Assembly: GCA_022839625.1 (NCBI GenBank)
Contig: JALHJL010000002.1
Span: 16,964 to 40,963 of the forward strand
DNA: 24,000 nt
Direction of reading: 5' to 3'
Origin: Phycisphaerales bacterium
GTDB lineage: Bacteria > Planctomycetota > Phycisphaerae > UBA1845 > Fen-1342
Below the pieces are notes generated by a model. That model saw only the letters and a list, made by a program, of their open reading frames with translations. It was not told where the DNA came from and made no database searches. A program made the translations under genes and the position numbers. Of the stretch, positions 14,779 through 22,725 are shown piece by piece. Each line of letters opens with the position of its first letter. The stretch's first letter is position 1.

Positions 14779-16953
14779 ATGCTGAAAGTGCGCCTACCCG
14801 ACGGCCAGGTCGTCGAGCACGCGGACGGTGTGTCCGCGTTGGAGGTCCTGCGCGCCGTTTCGGCCGCACTCGCACGGCGGGCCGTCGCCGTCAAGGTCAA
14901 TGACCGGGTCGTCGACGTGCACACGCGGCTGACGGGGCCGCAGGTGGAACTGCGGGCACTCACCATCAACGACCCGGAAGGACTGGAAGTCGCGCGGCAT
15001 AGTTGCGCACACGTGATGGCCGAGGCGCTGTGCACGCTCTGGCCGCAGACCAAGCTCGCCTACGGGCCGCCGGTGGACAACGGCTTCTACTACGACGTCG
15101 AGTTGGACCACAACTTGACGCCCGAGGACTTCGCGCGCATCGAGGCCAAGATGGCCGAGATCGTGCGCGAGGACCGGCCCTTCCGGCGCTACGAGCTGCC
15201 GCGCGCCGAGGCCATGAAGAAACTGCACGCCGAAGGCAATCCGTTCAAGATCGACAACGCCGAGCGGGCCGACGGCGACACGTTGAGCTTCTATGTCACC
15301 GGCGAGCCCGGCACGAGTCACTTCGAAGACCTGTGTCGCGGCCCGCACGTGCCAAGCACCAAGCAGGTGGGGGCCTTCAAGGTCATGCAGGTCGCGGGCG
15401 CCTATTGGCACGGCGACGCCGCGCAGCCGATGCTCCAGCGGGTCTACGGCACGACGTTCCCCGACAAGAAATCGCTGGATGCTTACCTCGCGCAGCTCGA
15501 GGAGGCGAAGCGGCGCGACCACCGGCGCATCGGGCAGGAACTCGGGCTGTTTACGATCAGCCCGCTGGTCGGCACGGGACTGGTGTTGTGGAAGCCCAAG
15601 GGTGCGATCATCCGCCACATTCTCGAGGAGCAATTGCGGACGGAGCTGGTCGCCCACGGCTACCAGGTCGTGTACACGCCGCACATCGGCCGGCTCGATC
15701 TCTACCGGACGAGCGGGCACTTCCCTTACTACAAAGAGAGCCAGTATCCGCCGCTCTACGAGTCCGACCGGGCACGGGAGCTGAACCGCCTGTGGGAGCT
15801 GGCCCGCGCCGCCCGTGACGACCAGGCCACGGCGGAGGAGCTCGACCTCTTCAACAGCCTCGCCCAGCGCTACGATGACGTGCGTCGCGGCGGCTACCCC
15901 CAGGACGCGCCGGCGGAGGAGCGATTGCGGCGCATCCGCACGTGGCTCGAGCAGGAAGACGGTTACCTGCTGAAGCCCATGAACTGCCCGCACCACATCC
16001 AGATCTTCTGCTCGGATGCACACAGCTACCGCGACCTGCCGGTGAAACTGGCGGAGTTCGGCCAGGTGTACCGCTACGAGCAGTCGGGCGAGGTCGGCGG
16101 CATGACGCGGGTGCGGGGCTTCTGCCAGGACGACGCGCACGTGTTCTGCACGCCCGAGCAGTTGCCCGGCGAGATTCTCGAGTGCGTCGACCTGTCCAAG
16201 TTCGTGCTGGAGTTGATCGGCCTCAACGACTACCGCGTGCGCGTGGCGCTGCGCGATCCCGACAGCGACAAGTACATCGGCTCGCCCGAAAACTGGCGGC
16301 TGGCCGAGGACGCGCTGCGGAGCACGGTGCACGGCTCCGGCTTGAAGTACACCGAGGAAGTCGGCGAGGCGGCGTTCTACGGCCCCAAGATCGACTTCGT
16401 GGCCCGCGACTGCATCGGCCGCGAATGGCAACTCGGCACCGTGCAGGTGGATTACAACCTGCCGGAGCGTTTTGCGCTGACCTACGTCGGCGCCGACAAC
16501 GCGGAACACCGGCCCGTGATGGTGCACCGCACCCTGTTCGGCAGCATGGAGCGGTTCGTCGGGATTCTGATCGAGCATTTCGCCGGGGCCTTTCCGCTGT
16601 GGCTGGCGCCGGTCCAGGTGCGCGTCTGCTCCATCAGCGAGAAATCGAAGACCTACGCGCAGCGCGTGTACGATCTGTGCCGGGCGGCGACGCTGCGGTG
16701 CGAGCTGGACAACAGCGACGAGCGCATCGGCGCGAAGGTCCGTCTGGCGACGCTGGCGAAAGTCCCCTACATCCTGGTCGTGGGCGAAATGGAGGCCGCC
16801 AACAACACCGTCAACGTGCGCACGCGCGAGGGCAAGCAGTACGGAGACTTCACGCTGCCCGAGTTTCTGGCCGCGAGCGCCCGGGAAATCACAAGCCGGG
16901 GCCAGGAGGCCCTCGCCGGAGCCGGCCAGACTCCGGCGGTTTCGCGCGGCTGA
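14779..16953 (+). CDS. thrS: Threonine--tRNA ligase
   Basis: - TGS-like N-terminus MLKVRLPDGQVVEH.
- Editing-domain HSCAHVMAEAL.
- Class II core: FRRYEL, RTSGHFPYYK, KPMNCPHHIQIF, GMTRVRGFCQDDAHVF.
- Anticodon-binding C-terminus.
- I prefer ATG 14779 (GAGGA 10 nt upstream) over TTG 14752. Confidence 0.95.
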   Translation: MLKVRLPDGQVVEHADGVSALEVLRAVSAALARRAVAVKVNDRVVDVHTRLTGPQVELRALTINDPEGLEVARHSCAHVMAEALCTLWPQTKLAYGPPVDNGFYYDVELDHNLTPEDFARIEAKMAEIVREDRPFRRYELPRAEAMKKLHAEGNPFKIDNAERADGDTLSFYVTGEPGTSHFEDLCRGPHVPSTKQVGAFKVMQVAGAYWHGDAAQPMLQRVYGTTFPDKKSLDAYLAQLEEAKRRDHRRIGQELGLFTISPLVGTGLVLWKPKGAIIRHILEEQLRTELVAHGYQVVYTPHIGRLDLYRTSGHFPYYKESQYPPLYESDRARELNRLWELARAARDDQATAEELDLFNSLAQRYDDVRRGGYPQDAPAEERLRRIRTWLEQEDGYLLKPMNCPHHIQIFCSDAHSYRDLPVKLAEFGQVYRYEQSGEVGGMTRVRGFCQDDAHVFCTPEQLPGEILECVDLSKFVLELIGLNDYRVRVALRDPDSDKYIGSPENWRLAEDALRSTVHGSGLKYTEEVGEAAFYGPKIDFVARDCIGREWQLGTVQVDYNLPERFALTYVGADNAEHRPVMVHRTLFGSMERFVGILIEHFAGAFPLWLAPVQVRVCSISEKSKTYAQRVYDLCRAATLRCELDNSDERIGAKVRLATLAKVPYILVVGEMEAANNTVNVRTREGKQYGDFTLPEFLAASAREITSRGQEALAGAGQTPAVSRG

Positions 16954-16984
16954 CGCAGCCGCGCCACGAAAGGATGGTGATCGC

Positions 16985-17638
16985 ATCAACCTGAACCTTC
17001 GGTGTAACGAGCAGATTCGTGTGTCGCCGGTGCGCTTGATCGGCGAGAACAACGAGCAGCTCGGGATCGTGCCGAACTATGAGGCGCTGCGCATGGCGCG
17101 GGAGGCGGGGCTGGACCTGGTGGAGGTCGCGCCCAACGTGCGCCCGCCGGTCTGCCGGCTCATGGATTACGGCAAATGGAAATACAGCCAGAAGAAGAAC
17201 GTCAAGAAGCACCACGAGCAGCAGACCAAAGAGGTCCGGCTGCGCCCCAAGACCGATACCCACGATCGCCAGATCAAGCTCAACCAGGCGATTCGTTTCT
17301 TCCGGCGCGGCGACAAGGTCCAGTTCACCATGGTCTTCCGGGGCCGGGAGCGGATGCGCCGCGAAGTCGCGCTCGATCTGTTCCGATCGATCCTCGATGA
17401 GCTGGGTGCCCGGGTGAAGGTGGAGCGTCCGCCCAGCATGGACGGCCGCCACATGATCATGATTCTGTCCGCCGCCAAGGACGCGTTCGGTGAGGCGGAC
17501 GAAGCCGGCACCTCGAAGCCGCGCTCCGCAGCGCCGCCCCAGCCGGCTGCTCCCCCCGTGCCGCCCGCGGCCGCGCCGGAGCCGCCGGCGCTTGTCACGA
17601 CGACGCCCGCGGGCGTCCCGCCGGCCGAGTCCGAGTAG
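16985..17638 (+). CDS. infC: Translation initiation factor IF-3, probably with a non-canonical start codon and a C-terminal Pro/Ala-rich extension
   Basis: - IF-3 hallmarks: VRLIGENNEQLGIV, PPVCRLMDYGKWKY, VKEVRLRPKTDTHD and FRGRE.
- The track start at GTG 17021 cuts off the conserved N-E-Q-I-R segment, which is encoded in frame upstream (17006-17020).
- ATC 16985 sits 10 nt after AAGGA (16970-16974). Confidence 0.85.
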   Translation: MNLNLRCNEQIRVSPVRLIGENNEQLGIVPNYEALRMAREAGLDLVEVAPNVRPPVCRLMDYGKWKYSQKKNVKKHHEQQTKEVRLRPKTDTHDRQIKLNQAIRFFRRGDKVQFTMVFRGRERMRREVALDLFRSILDELGARVKVERPPSMDGRHMIMILSAAKDAFGEADEAGTSKPRSAAPPQPAAPPVPPAAAPEPPALVTTTPAGVPPAESE

Positions 17639-17756
17639 CAGCCAGGCCGACGTCGTGGTCCCTGGACGCGCTGACACCCGGTCGGCGAGCGCCGCCGGTA
17701 GGATGCTCTTGCACGAAACTGGGGCGAAGCAGACCTGCGCAGACGGAGGTGCCACG

Positions 17757-18959
17757 ATGCGCTGCGGCTACTTCGATTGCTTCAGCGGCGCCGCCGGGGA
17801 CATGATCCTGGGCGCCCTGCTCCACGCCGGTGTCCCGCTCGACGTCCTGCGCGAAGCCGTGGCGCGCCTGCGGCTGCCCGACGTGACGCTGATCGCGGCC
17901 CAGGTTTCCCGCGGCGGCCTGGCAGCAACACACGTACGGATCGCGACGGGGGAGGACCCGCCCCACCGGCATCTCCCGGACATCCTGCGAATCGTGGAGC
18001 AGGCCGCGTTCCCACCGCTCGTTTCCCAGCGCATCCAGCGCGTCTTCACACGCCTGGCCGAAGCCGAGGCAGCCGTCCACGGCATCTCGCCGGACAAGGT
18101 CCACTTCCACGAGGTCGGTGCCGTCGATGCCATCGTCGATATCGTCGGTGCCTGCGTCGGCCTTGACGCGCTGGGGCTGGAGCGGCTGATCTGCTCCCCC
18201 CTTCCCACCGGGTCCGGGACCGTGCGGTGTGCACACGGCATTCTGCCGATCCCCGCGCCGGCCACTGCCGAGCTGCTCCGCGGCGTGCCGCTCGCGGACT
18301 GCGACGAGCCCGGCGAGCTGACGACTCCCACGGGCGCCGCGGTCCTTACCACGTTGGCGGACTCGTTCGGGCCCCCGCCGGCGATGCGCATCACGTCCAT
18401 CGGCTATGGCGCCGGAACCCGCGACAACGGCGCCCGGCCCAACGTGATTCGGCTGCTGGTCGGCGACTCCGAGACGCGCCCGGCCGACGAGGAGGACCGT
18501 GTCGTCGTTCTGGAGACGCAGGTCGACGACACCACCGGACAGACGGTCGGGTTCGCGCTGGAGCGGTTGCTCCAGGCGGGTGCGCTGGATGTCTACACCG
18601 TGCCGATAATGATGAAGAAGGGCCGGCCGGGCCACCTGCTAACCGTGCTTTGCCGGCCCGCGGAAGCGGTTGCGCTGGAAGACATCCTCTTCGCCGAGAC
18701 GACCACGCTCGGCGTTCGGCAGTACGAGTGTCTTCGCCACAAGCTCGCCCGCGCGGAGGAGACGGTATCGACGCGGTTCGGCCCCGTTCGCGTCAAGGTG
18801 GCCCGACGGGCGGACCATGTTCTCCGGGCGTGGCCGGAGTTTGAGGACTGCGCGGCGCTCGCGCGCGAGCACGGCGTACCACTGCGGACGGTGCAGGACG
18901 CGGCCTTGGCGGCGTGGACGGAGCAGCATGACGCTCGGGACAGGGAGTGCGACGGATAG
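17757..18959 (+). CDS. larC: Nickel-pincer cofactor biosynthesis protein LarC (DUF111 family, nickel insertion)
   Basis: - N-terminus MRCGYFDCFSGAAGDMILGALLHAG.
- HFHEVGAVDAIVDIVG.
- GILPIPAPATAELL.
- C-terminal LarC2-like part, about 400 aa overall.
- ATG 17757 is preceded by GGAGG (17745-17749) at 7 nt.
- The track ORF start at 17490 lies inside infC. Confidence 0.85.
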   Translation: MRCGYFDCFSGAAGDMILGALLHAGVPLDVLREAVARLRLPDVTLIAAQVSRGGLAATHVRIATGEDPPHRHLPDILRIVEQAAFPPLVSQRIQRVFTRLAEAEAAVHGISPDKVHFHEVGAVDAIVDIVGACVGLDALGLERLICSPLPTGSGTVRCAHGILPIPAPATAELLRGVPLADCDEPGELTTPTGAAVLTTLADSFGPPPAMRITSIGYGAGTRDNGARPNVIRLLVGDSETRPADEEDRVVVLETQVDDTTGQTVGFALERLLQAGALDVYTVPIMMKKGRPGHLLTVLCRPAEAVALEDILFAETTTLGVRQYECLRHKLARAEETVSTRFGPVRVKVARRADHVLRAWPEFEDCAALAREHGVPLRTVQDAALAAWTEQHDARDRECDG

Positions 18960-19446
18960 CGGACTGCTGGTGCTCCTCGGGGGATTGTGTCTCGTCATCC
19001 TGACGGTCTCCGTGTATCGACGCGCACAGCAGCGCCGGGCCAGCGCGCGCGACCTGACGCGCGAGCAGCGTGCCCGCCTGCGCGACCAGCAGGAACTTCG
19101 CAAGTCGATGGAGGACCTGCTGGGTCAGCTTGAGGAAGCCGCCGTACGGATCAATGCACACATCGACGACCGCACCGCCAGGCTGGACGCCGCCCTGCGG
19201 GCGGCGGACGAGCGGATTGCCCGTCTCGGAATTGCCTCTCCGCAGCCCCCCGTGCCAGACGCGCACGAGCGCACGCCCCCCGCCGAGCCGCTTCCAGCGC
19301 GCTCGCGGCGGGTGTGCGAGCTGGCGGACCGGGGCACCCCTTCCATCGCCATCGCCGACGCACTCAAGATGCCCGTCGGGGAGGTCGAGCTGATTCTGAA
19401 CCTTCGTAACTACCAGTCGCAGCTCGCGCAGCAGCGCCACGACTGA
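18928..19446 (+). CDS. Small membrane-anchored coiled-coil protein with a C-terminal helix-turn-helix-like motif (DUF2802-like architecture)
   Basis: - ATG 18928 (GGAG 4 nt upstream) overlaps the larC 3' end by 32 nt.
- TM helix GLLVLLGGLCLVILTVSVY.
- Arg/Glu/Gln-rich helical region.
- The C-terminus RRVCELADRGTPSIAIADALKMPVGEVELILNL looks HTH-like.
- GC3 is high throughout. Confidence 0.55.
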   Translation: MTLGTGSATDSGLLVLLGGLCLVILTVSVYRRAQQRRASARDLTREQRARLRDQQELRKSMEDLLGQLEEAAVRINAHIDDRTARLDAALRAADERIARLGIASPQPPVPDAHERTPPAEPLPARSRRVCELADRGTPSIAIADALKMPVGEVELILNLRNYQSQLAQQRHD

Positions 19447-19458
19447 CCCGCGTGCCCA

Positions 19459-21273
19459 TCACTCGGGAGCCGCTTCCGCTGCGGCCTGCTCCCCTTCCTG
19501 TCTGGCCTGTACCAATCCCGCCAGACGCTCGAAATACTCCTGCAACACTTTGCGATACTGGCGCGGCACTTCTTCCCGCTCGATCGCGTCCAGGGCGTCG
19601 CGCACCTCGGCGGCGGCGGCGGACAGCGCCGCGGCCGAAGCCTCGCCGCGCACCTGCGGCCCATCGATCAGCATCTGACCGATGATCGCTCCGTCCTGAT
19701 AGCGGGACTTGGCCTTCGTCGGATCGGTCTGATACCCCGCTTTCTCCTTGCCGATGAGAGAGCCGAGCCCGAGTCCGGCTCGCGAACCCTGCGGGCCGAT
19801 GCGGCCATCTCGACGGCAGCCGGGGTAGTCACCCTGGCAGCGCCCCTGGCACACGTCGTCGCGCAGCGTCTCAAGGTCCGACAGGTGGGCCTGCAATTCG
19901 TTGGCAAGCTGCTCGGACATCTCCAGATCCGACAACTGGCTCATGGCATCCGACAGGGCGTTCGCCGCACTGGCCGATCCCGAGCTGGCACCGCCCGGGC
20001 TGTTGCATTGCTGACACGCCTGGGCCGCCTTCGAAAGCGAGTCAGACAACTGCCGGCAGGCCTTCTGAGCCTGCTGATTCTGCCGGATCTTCTGGGCCAG
20101 TTGCTCGATTTGCTGGGGCGTCAGCCCGCGCCCGCCGAGTTGCTTCTGAAGCTCCTTCTCGAGCTGCTTGGGATCCATCTGGCCGAGCGCCTCAAGGAGC
20201 TTCTGGGCCTGCTCGGGCGACAAGCCGCCCTTGTTCTCCAGCTCCTTCTGCAACTGGACGGTGTCGCTGAGCTTGCCGACCTGGTCCGCCAGCCGCGTGA
20301 GCTGCTCCTGCAACTCGGCCAGCCTGCGCTGCGACTCCGGATCATCGGCCTGGTCGGCGGCTTCCCGAATCTGCGCGCTCATCTTGTCCAGGACCTGCCG
20401 GGCACCCTGGAAATCCCCCGTCGCCAGCGCCCGCGACAATTCCGCCGCCGCCTGATCGCCCCCTTCCGCCTCCAGTTTGCCCAAGCGGCGCTTCATCTCT
20501 GTCACCGGATTTTCGCCGGCCGCCTGCAACTGCCGCTCCAACTTCTCGGCTACCGCGTCGATGCGCTTGACGGCGTTGCGGCGAACATCCTCGGGCGTGA
20601 CCCCGGGCGTGTCCGGCATGTCGAGCGGCTGGAGGTCTTCGGTGAGGTCCCTGAGGTCCGGGTTTTCCTTCGCAAGCTCCTTGAGTTCGTTGAGCTTCTC
20701 GTCGAGCTCGATCTTGATGGTTTGGTGCTCCGCCGCCACAACGGCGCGCGGCACCGTCGGCCCGCTCTCCCGCTGCCCGGCCAGCAGGTCCACCGCCGGC
20801 ATGAACCGCAGCAGGATCAGCGGCACAACCACCATCGCGGCCGACCACGGCCAGACGGCGGGGGCGCGATGCCGGATGTGTGCCGGCACGTGCACGCGGC
20901 CGGCCGTCTTCTCCGCATCGGCGACAGCCGCAACGACGAACGGATCGGGCGCGCCCCGCAGCGCCAGCGCGGTACTCAGCCGCTCCTTCAGCCCCGCCGC
21001 CGAGTCCAGCGCCATGGCGGCCCGCAACGGGCTCGGCCGCGACAGACCGGTGCCGACCAGCGCGAACAGCAGCGCTGCGCCCGCCGCCACCCCGGCCCCA
21101 TACCCAAGCGCGACCGGCAGCGCAAAGAGCCGCACGACGATGATCGCCAGCGTCCAACCCGCACCCGCCAGGAGCACGCCCAAACTGAGCCGCTGCAAGA
21201 GAATGTTGCTCGTCAGCCTTCGCCGCGCATAGCCCACCTGCTTGTCGAGCATCGACATCGGCGTACCCTTCAA
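19459..21273 (-). CDS. Large membrane-anchored coiled-coil protein of unknown function
   Basis: - 604-aa ORF with high GC3.
- Three N-terminal hydrophobic segments, then a long Glu/Gln/Leu/Lys-rich helical region.
- Two Cys clusters.
- C-terminal motif VPRQYRKVLQEYFERL.
- The start is TTG 21273 or ATG 21258. Confidence 0.6.
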   Translation of the reverse strand: MKGTPMSMLDKQVGYARRRLTSNILLQRLSLGVLLAGAGWTLAIIVVRLFALPVALGYGAGVAAGAALLFALVGTGLSRPSPLRAAMALDSAAGLKERLSTALALRGAPDPFVVAAVADAEKTAGRVHVPAHIRHRAPAVWPWSAAMVVVPLILLRFMPAVDLLAGQRESGPTVPRAVVAAEHQTIKIELDEKLNELKELAKENPDLRDLTEDLQPLDMPDTPGVTPEDVRRNAVKRIDAVAEKLERQLQAAGENPVTEMKRRLGKLEAEGGDQAAAELSRALATGDFQGARQVLDKMSAQIREAADQADDPESQRRLAELQEQLTRLADQVGKLSDTVQLQKELENKGGLSPEQAQKLLEALGQMDPKQLEKELQKQLGGRGLTPQQIEQLAQKIRQNQQAQKACRQLSDSLSKAAQACQQCNSPGGASSGSASAANALSDAMSQLSDLEMSEQLANELQAHLSDLETLRDDVCQGRCQGDYPGCRRDGRIGPQGSRAGLGLGSLIGKEKAGYQTDPTKAKSRYQDGAIIGQMLIDGPQVRGEASAAALSAAAAEVRDALDAIEREEVPRQYRKVLQEYFERLAGLVQARQEGEQAAAEAAPE

Positions 21274-21296
21274 GCCACGTCCGATCTCCTACTTCC

Positions 21297-21325
21297 ATCA
21301 TAGGTTAGATCGGCAAGCGGCTCAA
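21297..21325 (-). promoter_or_regulatory. Candidate sigma70-type promoter for the 604-aa gene
   Basis: Reading the minus strand: TTGAGC (21325-21320), a 17-nt spacer, then TATGAT (21302-21297). AGGAG follows at 21290-21286. It lies in an AT-richer intergenic island. Confidence 0.35.
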
Positions 21326-21427
21326 TTTGTTCCCGAGTGTAACCCGCATCGGGGCGGCCGAGGGGGGCGGCAGTCGCCTCTTGAGCGTTCCCCCGATGAG
21401 GCCCACCGCCACACGCCGGCGCGCTGG

Positions 21428-22009
21428 TCAACGCGACAGCCACGGCATCGGTTGCAGGTCGGATTCCCCCGTCTCCGCCGGCCCGTCACGCCCCGGGACA
21501 CACGCGCTTGCGGGCGCGGCCGGCTGGACGAGGTCAGCAGCGACGCGCAGTCCCGCGCGCACGATCAGCTCGACGGGGATCGCGTCGTAGCTCTGCCCGT
21601 CGACGACGGTGGTCCGGCAGGGCCTATCGCCACAGCAGCCCGCGCAGACCGACGCACCGCTCGTGGCGCCCAGGACCGTCTCGAGCGGCTCGTCCCCGAT
21701 CCAGATTCGGTTCGATTCGGTGGGGTCCAGGTTGAACTGCTCGGCGGTGAGCTGGGTTTTGATCACGCGCACGCCTACGCCAACCGGCTTCAGAGCGGCC
21801 GTGAGAATGCGTTGTGCGTCCGCGATCGAACGCTCCGTCGCCCCACATCGTCCGCAAGTGTCGCCCGCATCGTCCACCAGGCGCTGCCAGCGGATGACGA
21901 GTGTCTCGTCTTGCGCCGCACCGCCCGGGTTGGCGCAGCCGGACAAAGAGAGAACGACGGCACCGCAGCACGCCAGCCCCGCCCACCGCCAGCCTGGATT
22001 ACCGGTCAC
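21428..22009 (-). CDS. Cys-rich lipoprotein, probably a DUF2703-type (thioredoxin/ArsD-like fold) protein
   Basis: - Signal peptide with lipobox: [17 protein letters not shown].
- The mature part carries [41 protein letters not shown] and one further Cys.
- GTG 22009 overlaps the ATPase stop (GTGA, 22006-22009).
- The family call is from memory of the CxRC...CRT..DG..Y..IP pattern. Confidence 0.6.
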   Translation of the reverse strand: MTGNPGWRWAGLACCGAVVLSLSGCANPGGAAQDETLVIRWQRLVDDAGDTCGRCGATERSIADAQRILTAALKPVGVGVRVIKTQLTAEQFNLDPTESNRIWIGDEPLETVLGATSGASVCAGCCGDRPCRTTVVDGQSYDAIPVELIVRAGLRVAADLVQPAAPASACVPGRDGPAETGESDLQPMPWLSR

Positions 22010-22719
22010 ATCATAGTCCTGTTCGAGTCTCGTCGAGTCGCTGCGGGGACTCCGTTCGACGCCGAGGAAATGCGCCCCTCGTGCAACCGCAGCGTGCGCT
22101 TGGCGCGAGCCGCAGCACGGGGATCATGCGTCACCATGACGATCGTGCGGCCTTCTCGGTTGATGTCTTCGAGCAGGTCGAGAATCTGTTGGCCGGTCTC
22201 GGGGTCGAGGTTTCCCGTTGGCTCATCCGCCAGGATGATTTCGGGATCATTCGCCATGACGCGCGCCAGCGCAACGCGCTGCTGCTGGCCGATGCTCAAT
22301 TCCGGTGGTTTGTGGTCGAGCCGGTCGCCAAGGCCGACGCGTTCCAGCAGCGCCGTGGCGCGCTCCTTCTGGGCCGGTTCGTCGACACCCGCCAGGTACA
22401 GCGGAATTTGGACATTCTCCAGCGCCGTCAAATAGGGCACGAGGTTGAATGTCTGAAAAACAAACCCGACCTTTTGCCGCCGCACCTCGGCGCGCTGGTT
22501 CGGGGAAAGCTCGTAGAGCGAGTGTCCGTTCAGATGCACCTTGCCCGTGGACGGGGAGAGCATTCCACCGAGCACCAGCAACAGCGTGCTCTTCCCGCTG
22601 CCACTGGGGCCAACCACCGCCACGAAGTCGCCCGCGGGAATCTCGAGTGATGCATTGTCCAGCGCGGCGACCGTGCGACCACGATGCTGATAGCTCTTGC
22701 TGACCGATTCCAGTCGCAT
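22006..22719 (-). CDS. ABC transporter ATP-binding protein (MacB/LolD-like subfamily)
   Basis: - Walker [12 protein letters not shown].
- Q-loop region.
- Signature [14 protein letters not shown].
- Walker [12 protein letters not shown].
- H-loop VTHD.
- ATG 22719 lies 6 nt after the permease stop, with GGAGG upstream. Confidence 0.9.
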   Translation of the reverse strand: MRLESVSKSYQHRGRTVAALDNASLEIPAGDFVAVVGPSGSGKSTLLLVLGGMLSPSTGKVHLNGHSLYELSPNQRAEVRRQKVGFVFQTFNLVPYLTALENVQIPLYLAGVDEPAQKERATALLERVGLGDRLDHKPPELSIGQQQRVALARVMANDPEIILADEPTGNLDPETGQQILDLLEDINREGRTIVMVTHDPRAAARAKRTLRLHEGRISSASNGVPAATRRDSNRTMM

Positions 22720-22725
22720 ACTGTG

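Noticed and set aside
14794-17052. A 752-aa ORF antisense to thrS. Similar long ORFs lie antisense to real genes at 3483-5390, 5958-7760, 9013-10665, 1244-2473 and 19885-21303.
   Set aside because: All of them lie opposite genes with clear family motifs. They translate to Arg/Ala/Pro/Gly-rich low-complexity sequence with no recognisable domains. Long stop-free antisense frames are an expected artefact of very high GC content.
17671-17704. CTGACA ... TAGGAT as a possible larC promoter.
   Set aside because: The spacer is 22 nt, which is too long for a sigma70-type promoter. larC may simply be co-transcribed with thrS-infC.
17490-17756. An upstream part of the larC track ORF that overlaps the infC tail. 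The same applies to 18670-18927 for the small downstream protein.
   Set aside because: The conserved LarC N-terminus (MRCGYFDCFSG...) begins at ATG 17757 with GGAGG 7 nt upstream. The upstream stretches are out-of-frame read-through of neighbouring genes and translate to Arg/Pro/Ser-rich junk.
21705-21721. ATTCGG-TTCG-ATTCGGT, a short direct repeat with a tRNA T-arm-like GGTTCGATTC.
   Set aside because: It lies inside the lipoprotein coding sequence (encoding ...ESNRIW...). No acceptor or anticodon stems can be built around it.
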